Shown here: positions 19,515-27,281 of the stretch, one piece after another
How the letters are laid out: each line of letters opens with the position of its first letter
Position numbering within the stretch: the first letter of the stretch is position 1
DNA from: an uncultured Gemmatimonadaceae bacterium
Lineage (GTDB): Bacteria; Gemmatimonadota; Gemmatimonadetes; Gemmatimonadales; Gemmatimonadaceae
NCBI GenBank assembly: GCA_963761305.1
Contig: CAVXGK010000002.1
Coordinates: 1,312,001 to 1,376,000, forward strand
Reading direction: 5' to 3'
DNA length: 64,000 bases
Notes under the pieces: generated by a model
Seen by the model: only the letters and a program-made list of their open reading frames with translations
Database searches by the model: none
Told to the model about the DNA's origin: nothing
Made by a program: the position numbers and the translations under genes

Positions 19515-20171
19515 TTACGGCCGCTCGTCCTTCGCGGCCTTGTCGGCCATGTCATTGATCGCGGCTGCGATCGCTCCGGGACCGATCGTCAGCGCGAAGT
19601 TGACTTTCACTTCGTCGCCTGTTTTCAGCGTGCCGAATATCGCCGTCGGTGGCTTGATGCCGTAGTCGGTCATCTTGATCGGGACCATGCCGGTCGCCTT
19701 GATGGTGCCGTCGGGCAGCCGCGTCGCTACGATGTCCATCGTCAGATCGTTCTCCTTGCCGGCGATTTCCAGCTTTCCGACGGTTTTCAGCGCCAAGGCG
19801 TTGGCTTCGCCCGGAGTCGCGTCGAAGGTCGCCATGATGTAGCTGATCTCCGGCGAGGCGTCGGCCTTGAGCGCTTTGTACAGATTGCCGTCCATCCCGC
19901 CGTGGTCGCACTTGAGCTCCTTGACGGGAACCTTCACCACGACGCGCTTGAGCGCCTTGGGCGCCGCGGTTGCCAGTTGCTCGACAGCGGACGCGTCGAT
20001 CTCGATCGCGGCATCGAATTTCTGGGCCGTACAGCTCCAGCCATGGAGATTCGACGTGCCCTCGATCCACAGCTTGCTCTCGGGCGACACTGAAACGTGC
20101 GCCGTGGTTTGTGCTGCACCGGTCGCGGCCAGCGCGCCAAGCAGGGCGGCTGCGATATAGGTTCTGGTCAT
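19515..20171 (-). CDS. YceI-family periplasmic protein
   Basis: Signal peptide; SKLWIEGTSNLHGW and MTDYGIKPP motifs. Confidence 0.9.
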   Translation of the reverse strand: MTRTYIAAALLGALAATGAAQTTAHVSVSPESKLWIEGTSNLHGWSCTAQKFDAAIEIDASAVEQLATAAPKALKRVVVKVPVKELKCDHGGMDGNLYKALKADASPEISYIMATFDATPGEANALALKTVGKLEIAGKENDLTMDIVATRLPDGTIKATGMVPIKMTDYGIKPPTAIFGTLKTGDEVKVNFALTIGPGAIAAAINDMADKAAKDERP

Positions 20172-20314
20172 CGTTCCTCCGTCGGCCTGTCGACTGGAGA
20201 CTGCGCCGGTCGGCGTGTGGTCCCGTCATCGATCCTTGGCTGAAGATCGGGTTGACCGACCCGTCCTTCAGTCGGGTGAAAGAGGAACCTCGGTGCGGAT
20301 TCTCCGCCTCGCGT

Positions 20315-20331
20315 GTCGTGAAAACCCCGAC
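20315..20331. promoter_or_regulatory. Operator candidate upstream of the YceI gene
   Basis: GTCGTGAAAACCCCGAC; weaker sites in 22-bp phase at 20293 and 20271. Confidence 0.55.
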
Positions 20332-20405
20332 GGCGCGCGGAGACGGCCCGCGACAGTCGACAGCGATACCGGTCGGCGAGAGTCGGTGGGTAGTTTTGTT
20401 CGGAC

Positions 20406-21509
20406 ATGAGCAGCCGAACGCGCAGGTCGTCGCGGGTCTTTCCGGGCGTCGCCATCACGGTGGTGGCACGCGTTGCCGCACTGGCGTTCCTGGCGAGCGG
20501 CCGCGCCTTCGGGCAACGCGCCGAGCCCGCGATCGAAGACTACCTGCGCGATTCGATCGGGATCACGGCGCGTGAGCTGAGCGACGTGAAGCGCGGAACC
20601 GTGCTCGCCAAGATTCTGCCGACGCAGAATCCGCGGGACGTCACCGTGTTCGGCATGGTGCAGATCGCGACGACGCGCTCGGCGTTCATGCCGCGGATGA
20701 TGGACGCGCGCCGACTCGTCACGCTGCGTTCGCCCACGTCCGAGATCTTCGACGACCCGCCGAGCGCGGCGAACGTGCGACGCGTGTCGGTGGATCCGTC
20801 CGAGTACAAGAATCTTCGGAACTGCCGCCTCGAGCACTGCGACTTCAAGCTGCCCGCGGCGACGATGCGCGAGTTCGCGACGCAAGTGGATTGGACGAGC
20901 GACAGCGCGAAAACGCAGGTCGATTCGCTGGCGCGCGCCGACGTGCTGCGATTCGTCAGCGACTACGCGGTCGCCGGCAATGCGGCGATGATCGAGTACG
21001 ACGACAACCACGCGGTGAAGTCGAGCGACGCGTTCATCGCCCTGCTCGACCAATCAGCGTATCTACGCGACTTCGTCCCCGATCTGCGCGACTACCTGGA
21101 ATTCTTCCCCACGCATCGACCCGAGGGCGTGCACGACGTGCTGTTCTGGGAGGAGGACCGCCTGCCGCACCTTCGGCCGACGCTGACCCTGTCGCACATC
21201 GTGATGTACACGACGCCGTCGGGCACGCCACTCGTCGCCGTGAAACAGATCTATGCAGACCATTACTTCGAGGGGGCGCTCGAGCTGCTCGCCGCGTTCG
21301 ACGCGCCGCCGACGTCGTCGGGGCCGGCGATGTATCTGGTCACTCTGCGCCGCTACCGCTTCGACGCGCTCCCAACCGGCGGATTCCTAAATCTGCGGGG
21401 CCGAGTGCGGGGGAAGCTGGCCGACGCCGTTCGGGCCGATCTCCAGCGGGAACGGCAGGATGTCGAGGAGGGCGGCGCGGCGCGGAAGGGCGATTCGGCC
21501 TCCATGTAA
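20406..21509 (+). CDS. Conserved hypothetical exported protein
   Basis: Signal-like N-terminus, good codon usage, KQIYADHYFEGAL motif. Confidence 0.75.
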   Translation: MSSRTRRSSRVFPGVAITVVARVAALAFLASGRAFGQRAEPAIEDYLRDSIGITARELSDVKRGTVLAKILPTQNPRDVTVFGMVQIATTRSAFMPRMMDARRLVTLRSPTSEIFDDPPSAANVRRVSVDPSEYKNLRNCRLEHCDFKLPAATMREFATQVDWTSDSAKTQVDSLARADVLRFVSDYAVAGNAAMIEYDDNHAVKSSDAFIALLDQSAYLRDFVPDLRDYLEFFPTHRPEGVHDVLFWEEDRLPHLRPTLTLSHIVMYTTPSGTPLVAVKQIYADHYFEGALELLAAFDAPPTSSGPAMYLVTLRRYRFDALPTGGFLNLRGRVRGKLADAVRADLQRERQDVEEGGAARKGDSASM

Positions 21510-21583
21510 CACTCCGGCGCCTTGCGAGGTGAACTCGCCGAGAGCATCCTTGCAGGCCTCGCCCCGGAACACGCACTCGCTTT

Positions 21584-21610
21584 CCGGTTCACCGGTCCAC
21601 CGGTCCACCC
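21584..21610 (-). repeat. Intergenic octamer tandem repeat
   Basis: ccggttca-ccggtcca-ccggtcca-ccc. Confidence 0.75.
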
Positions 21611-21620
21611 GTTGGTGCCA

Positions 21621-23408
21621 ATGAGATTTGGTTTCCGCCTTCCCCTCATCCTGGCTCTCGCCGGCGCCGCGACCGGCCTCGCGTGCTCGAGCGACGAGGA
21701 CGCGACCGATCCATCCGCGCCGATGAATCTCGAGATCTTTCTGACGCCGCCCGCAGTCCAGCTCGCGGTCGCCGACACGATCACGACGGCGAACAGTGTC
21801 AAGCTGATTCTGTCAGCGACGTCGCTCGGGTTTCCGGTCGTCACGCCGCACGCCGAATGGACCAGCTCGGATCGGACCGTCGTCATCGTCGACAGTACGG
21901 GATTGGTGCAGGCCGTGGGCTTGGGGCTCGCCACGGTCACGGCGCGTGTGAACGGTGAGAAGGCGCAAACGACGGTGAGCGTGGTACGGCGGGTCGTTTC
22001 CGTGACGCTCACGCCGCAGACGTTCCAAGGTCTCGTTGGCGACACAACGACAGTCGCGGCGAGCGCGGTCGATGCGCAGGGCTTGGCGGTGGGTGGAACG
22101 ACGTTCGCGTTCACGTCGACCGACCCGACCGCGGTGAGCGTGGTTCGAACCGGCAACCAGACGGCCAAGATCACGCTGCTCAAGCCGGGATCGGCTGGGG
22201 TGACCGTGGCTGCCGGCGGCCAGTCGGCGGCGACGTCGGTGACGTCGTTCTCGACGGATTTCACCAGCGCCGTCGCGACGAACGCGCCGACAGGGGCTTT
22301 GGTCCTCGCCGCCGGTCAAGATGCGACCTGCGGCATCATCGCGCTGGGTCGAAGCTTTTGTTTCGGCATACAACCCCCCGTTGGAATCGCGAAGGACTCG
22401 AGCTGCTTCAACGACCACCAGCCGGCAGGCCCGTTTCCCTGCACGCTCGTTCCGCTGCGCATCGCCGGCGCGCTGAGCTTTGCGTCGGTGAGCGTCGGGG
22501 ATTCAGTCGCCTGCGGTGTTACGACCGGGAATCAAGCCTATTGCTGGGGACTGCAGACGTATGGACAGCTCGGCAATGGCATCGCTACGACCGGAACGTC
22601 AGCGGCGCCGAATCTCGTGATCGGAGCGTCGTCGCGTTCCGCCGTGTTGTTGAGCCGCGTCTCGGCGGGACGAAATCACGCCTGCGGCCTAACGCCAAGC
22701 GGCGCCGCCCTCTGTTGGGGTCAAGACTCGACCTTCCAGCTCGGCACCGGCGATTCGCTCCTGGTGAACTCGAGCACGCCGATCCCGATCAAGAGCGGCG
22801 TGTCCTTCACGCAGATCTCCGCCGGTGGGAACCACACCTGCGCTTTGTCGAGTGGTGGCACGGCGGTGTGCTGGGGCGACAACACGCAGGGGCAGATTGG
22901 CATCGGAACCGACGGCAACGTCGTTGACACGCCCACGGCCGTCGCAGGCGTCTTCGCTCAAGTCTCGGCCGGCGGGTCACACACGTGCGCGCTTACGCCG
23001 GCCGGCGCAGCCTTCTGCTGGGGCTCGAACGACTCGGGGCAGGTCGGCAACGGAACGCAGACCGCGGCCACGACGCCCGTGGCCGTAACCGGCGGGTTCA
23101 CGTTCAAGGCGATTAGCGCGAGTCGATACGGCACGTGTGGCATCACGATCAACGGCGCCGCCGTCTGCTGGGGAAGCAACCAATACGCTCAGACGGGTTC
23201 CGGCTCGGTCAGCACGCCGAGACTCGTGCCAACTCCGGTGATTGGCGGGCACACTGATTTCGTTGCGATCGCGTCCGGAGTTCGGCACAATTGCGCGCTC
23301 GCAGCCAGTGGCGCGTTCTGTTGGGGCTCGAACGTCTTCGGCGCACTCGGGAATGAGTTACAGGCGATGATTCAGTTCACTCCCACCAAGACCGCGACCC
23401 CGCAGTAG
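21621..23408 (+). CDS. Lipoprotein with Ig-like domains and RCC1 repeats
   Basis: Lipobox GLAC; WTSSD Ig-like repeats; repeated SAGxxHTCAL...CWGxNxxGQLG. Confidence 0.92.
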   Translation: MRFGFRLPLILALAGAATGLACSSDEDATDPSAPMNLEIFLTPPAVQLAVADTITTANSVKLILSATSLGFPVVTPHAEWTSSDRTVVIVDSTGLVQAVGLGLATVTARVNGEKAQTTVSVVRRVVSVTLTPQTFQGLVGDTTTVAASAVDAQGLAVGGTTFAFTSTDPTAVSVVRTGNQTAKITLLKPGSAGVTVAAGGQSAATSVTSFSTDFTSAVATNAPTGALVLAAGQDATCGIIALGRSFCFGIQPPVGIAKDSSCFNDHQPAGPFPCTLVPLRIAGALSFASVSVGDSVACGVTTGNQAYCWGLQTYGQLGNGIATTGTSAAPNLVIGASSRSAVLLSRVSAGRNHACGLTPSGAALCWGQDSTFQLGTGDSLLVNSSTPIPIKSGVSFTQISAGGNHTCALSSGGTAVCWGDNTQGQIGIGTDGNVVDTPTAVAGVFAQVSAGGSHTCALTPAGAAFCWGSNDSGQVGNGTQTAATTPVAVTGGFTFKAISASRYGTCGITINGAAVCWGSNQYAQTGSGSVSTPRLVPTPVIGGHTDFVAIASGVRHNCALAASGAFCWGSNVFGALGNELQAMIQFTPTKTATPQ

Positions 23409-23592
23409 TAACGCCCGCTGGCGATTGGGCTCGAACTATTCGGCCCGACCATCCGTCAGTGAAAGCCGTGCAACGCCATCGCTCGGCGAGACGCCAGGCC
23501 GAAGTAAAGGTTGACTCTCGTGCCGATGCGGTCCGATGGAGTCGTCCAACGCGACTGAGTTCGGTCCGCCGACGATGGAGTTCGCTCCCTCG

Positions 23593-23638
23593 CTCCGTGA
23601 CTTCGGTCGTTAGCTCCGTGACTTCGGTCGTTAGCTCC
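23593..23638. repeat. Perfect 21-bp tandem duplication
   Basis: CTCCGTGACTTCGGTCGTTAG twice, plus a partial third copy. Confidence 0.9.
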
Positions 23639-24714
23639 GATTTTCGGCAGTCCGCAGCGAGCGATCGACGTGGGCTCGAGGCCGAGCGCATCGGCACGGG
23701 CCGAAACCACGGAGAGCATCGCTCGTCGGATCCGCGGGTCGTCGCGCGTTCCGGTGTTCAAATGTGGATTGTGGCCGGGAGGTGAGCGCGGTTCCACCGT
23801 CGGCGGCGAACGAAGCGTAGTCCGTCGTGCATCGACGCCGAGAGGACGCGAACTGAGGGCGGTCGTGCGTCGAGTGAACGCGGGCTGTCGACGACTGCTT
23901 CGAGCAGATGACGACGGAAACGTCGGGCGTTGACGACTAAGTTCGAGCGGCGTGGCGCGCACGCCACAGCGGTGCGAAGTGAATTCGCGTCGTGGTGAGT
24001 ACCCTTCGAGCGACGCCGGACTCACGGCGAGGACTCACGAGTTGAAATCGGGGATCGACGAGTTGGTCTCGCGATCGACGCGAGTTTTCGCCGACACATG
24101 GAACGTGAAGTCCGGCCGTGAAAGAGTGGCGTCAGTCATGCGACGCGTACGTTCGGGAATTTTCCACACGCATGCGCAGCGCGGTGGAGTGAATCGGCGG
24201 AGGCGGCGCGGGAATATCTGGACGTACGTGCGTCGATAGTGGATGTGCGTACGTGAACGATGGATGTGCGTGCGCACAGTCTGGTCGGCCAGCGGACCGG
24301 GCGTGCATCCGCAGTGCGCGGCGAAGGCGGTTCCGCAACGCCCGCTATCACCGAGCTGCCGGTGAGATGCAGGGAAGCACGGCTGTCGAGCACTTCGGTG
24401 GTGCCGGCAAGCACTCGGCCGCAGGAGCCAGAATGCGTGCGAACTCCAGGTGACGGTGCGGTTCGGATCGAAGGGAGCGAGCGATCGGTCAATCGGCGCG
24501 GGGGCGCGGGCAACGCGCGGTTCAGCCGACCCGCGTGCACTGCCGCCGTCGGGCAAGACCAGCGTGTGCCGGGGCATTCGTCTTGGCGTCGACGGATGTG
24601 GCCCCGTCGCGCACATACATCAATGTCGCGGCAGCACCGTTTGCAGCGTGTGATCGAAGCTTGCGACCCGAGCGCGGCGCGATGACGACGCAGGTTAGTC
24701 GATGCTCGCGAGGG

Positions 24715-25182
24715 AAAGTCGGACGCCGGACATGATAAGTCCGGCGTCCGCACGAGAAAGTCGAACGCTCGATGATGCAAGTCTGTCGCCCGGACATCCC
24801 AGTCGTGCGGAACCGACGGAAAATGGCTTGGGAGGCTGGCGAAGTCTGGCGCGGGCAATGCGAAATGACTCACTGCCCGAACGAAATCGCGTGACCACCG
24901 GGAGAAGTCGGAGGCCGGGCGAGGCAAGTGATTCGCGCACGGCCGCTTGTCGTCGTCGCGGTGCGGGATATCGAGCAATCGCCGAGGCAGGTCGTTCGAT
25001 GTTCGGTGGAAATCGGCCGCCCGGAGCGTAAAGGCGTCCGCGCGTTCGGGAATCCTCGCCGACCCGGAGTTCAAGTGAAGCGCCGGAGCGGACAAGCCGG
25101 GCGAGCGCGCAACAATGTCCCGCCGCGAACCCATCCAGTCGACCGACGTTCAAGGCAGGTCGTCCGTCGGGCGACGCAACTC
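24715..25182. repeat. Degenerate phased 21-bp array, 23 units
   Basis: A 6-bp anchor (consensus NAARTS) recurs every 21 bp with non-repeating 15-bp spacers. Confidence 0.85.
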
Positions 25183-25313
25183 AAACGAGCGGCCGTCGCG
25201 GATCACTGGCATCGTCAACGAGCAGCGACATCGCTGAGTCGGGAAAAGCAAAGTCGGCGGACGCAGGAACCTTGCACGCCGCTGGTGTATCCAGCGCGTC
25301 CACCATCCCAACG

Positions 25314-26141
25314 ATGACCGCCGGAGGGTATGTGCGCTACCGCGGTTCGATCCTCGTCGCCGTCGTCGTTCCCTCGCTTCTCGCGGCGCAAGCGACGCCC
25401 GCCAGCGGGCCGCGGAGCGACGTCATCCTATCGTTCGAGAACTTCGCGGACCTCTTCGGCAGCCGCCTCGTCGCGGCCTTCGATTCGATTCCGGCAGCGC
25501 GCTACGACTATCGACCGACAACCGCACAGCAGACGATCGGCTACATCGCGCAGCACCTCGAGAACGCGAACTACAGTCTCTGCGAGAGCTTCGCCGACAT
25601 AAAGCATCGGCGAACGCGAAAGGACTCGCTGCCGGACACCGTGAAAGCGCGTTGGCCGAAGGACACGCTCGTCGCTCGGCTAGCGGCATCGCTCCGCTTC
25701 TGCGACACGACCCTCGAGCGTGTGAGCCAACTGCAGTCCGGGGCGCTCGCGAGCTCGCTGCTCGCGTTCGAGACCGACTTGGCCGAGCACTACAGCCAGT
25801 TATCGGCGTACATGAGACTGCTCGGCATCGTTCCGCCATCGGCGCTCCCGCCTGTGCCGCGCCAGACAATCGAGCTGCGGGCCTCCGCCCTCGCGCCGCT
25901 GGTCGGCGTCTATCAGATCGTCGCCGGGCGGCGACTCGACGTGACGATGCATGACGGAATGCTCTTCGTGAAATCCTCAGGTGGCGGCGCGACGGTGCGA
26001 CTCTGGCCCGTGGGCCCGAACGATTTCTTCGTGAACGAGGTGGACGCACAGATCGCCTTCACCCGCGATTCGCGCGGCGCGGTCGCTGGGCTCGTCGTGC
26101 ACCAATACGGTCGTGACCGGCTGGCGGCGCGGGTGAGATGA
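25314..26141 (+). CDS. Exported DinB-family protein with a C-terminal DUF3471-like domain
   Basis: YDYRPT...IAQHL and EHYSQLSAYMRLLGIVPP; C-terminal LVGVYQ...FTRDSRGAVAGLVVHQ. Start is 25314 or GTG 25332. Confidence 0.8.
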   Translation: MTAGGYVRYRGSILVAVVVPSLLAAQATPASGPRSDVILSFENFADLFGSRLVAAFDSIPAARYDYRPTTAQQTIGYIAQHLENANYSLCESFADIKHRRTRKDSLPDTVKARWPKDTLVARLAASLRFCDTTLERVSQLQSGALASSLLAFETDLAEHYSQLSAYMRLLGIVPPSALPPVPRQTIELRASALAPLVGVYQIVAGRRLDVTMHDGMLFVKSSGGGATVRLWPVGPNDFFVNEVDAQIAFTRDSRGAVAGLVVHQYGRDRLAARVR

Positions 26142-26197
26142 GGACGGTGGACGGCGCTTACGTTCCGGGACCGCGTTCAAGCGCACAGGAGGGCGGC

Positions 26198-27190
26198 ATG
26201 CACGGCCTGGCTCGATGGAGACTCTTCGCGCGTGTGATCGGCATCGCACTGCTCGCAATCCCGACGTACGCCGTCGTGGCGCAGCAGCCACGCGCCGCCG
26301 CGGACACGGTCGCGATCGCGGCACTCGCTCGCGATCTCTCGTCCGACGCCAATCGCGGACGCGGCCCGTGGACGCCCGAGAACGCCCGCGTCGCCCGTCA
26401 GCTCTCACGGATGCTCGACCAGCTCGGCGCGCGTCCGGTGTTCGGCAACTCGACGCTCGTGCCGTTCACCACGGAGCCGCGCCCAAAGGACACGGTCTAC
26501 AACGTCGTCGGCGTGTTCCCGGCTCGCGGCGGCGTCACGTCGGGTGAGCTGGTGGGCATGACGGCGCATCTCGATCACCTCGGCGTCGGTCCGCCGGACG
26601 CGACCGGCGACTCGATCTACAACGGCTTTCTCGACGACGCCGTGTCGATCGCGATGATCACCGATGTCGCGCGTCGCTACGTGCAGTCGCCCGGCGACCG
26701 TCCGCTGGTCGTAATGTTCTTCAATCTCGAGGAGCAGCAACTGCTCGGCGCGAAGGCGCTCGCGGCGCGGCCGGACGCCGCGCCGTTCATCGATCGTCTC
26801 AAGCTGCTGATCGGGGTCGATGCCGGCTCGCCGGCCGGCGAAGCGTTGACCTGGCAGATCATGGGCGGCGAGCCGCCGAACGCCGGAGCGCGCATCGCCG
26901 ACTCGCTCGCGCGGGCGCACGGATGGACGACGACGCCGTCGGTGGCGCGGCCGATCAACGACGTCTTCGTGTTCTCGCAACGCGGCGTGCCGATCGTGTT
27001 TCCGATTCCGGGCGCGACCTGGCGCGGCTACACCAAAGAGCAGCACGACGACGCCATGCGCAAATTCGATCACTATCATCAGCCCGCGGATCAGTGGCGG
27101 CCGGACTTTCCGTGGACCGGCACCGCGGCATACGCAGAGTGGCTGTGGCAGATCGTTCAGCGGGCGACGGACAGGCGAGAACGGCTCTGA
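26198..27190 (+). CDS. M28-family metallopeptidase
   Basis: AGGAGG RBS; AHLDHLG, NGFLDDA, FNLEE and YHQPAD motifs. Confidence 0.88.
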   Translation: MHGLARWRLFARVIGIALLAIPTYAVVAQQPRAAADTVAIAALARDLSSDANRGRGPWTPENARVARQLSRMLDQLGARPVFGNSTLVPFTTEPRPKDTVYNVVGVFPARGGVTSGELVGMTAHLDHLGVGPPDATGDSIYNGFLDDAVSIAMITDVARRYVQSPGDRPLVVMFFNLEEQQLLGAKALAARPDAAPFIDRLKLLIGVDAGSPAGEALTWQIMGGEPPNAGARIADSLARAHGWTTTPSVARPINDVFVFSQRGVPIVFPIPGATWRGYTKEQHDDAMRKFDHYHQPADQWRPDFPWTGTAAYAEWLWQIVQRATDRRERL

Positions 27191-27215
27191 CGGCTTGACG
27201 GCCTGACGGCTTGAC
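27187..27215 (+). repeat. Octamer tandem repeat YTGACGGC, about 3.5 copies, after the M28 stop
   Basis: ctgacggc-ttgacggc-ctgacggc-ttgac. Confidence 0.8.
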
Positions 27216-27281
27216 CCGGCACGGCGTGCCCGAACGTGCTCGCGGGTCGTCGTATATCAGATCCCTTATCGGACCTGCTGA

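Noticed and set aside
24136..25134. 332-aa minus-strand ORF as a real gene
   Set aside because: Random-looking Arg/Pro/Ser/His composition apart from the heptad dipeptide produced by the DNA periodicity; no family motif. Not formally excluded.
24715..25182. CRISPR array
   Set aside because: The conserved part is only about 6 bp and degenerate, the unit is 21 bp, and there are no cas genes in the window.
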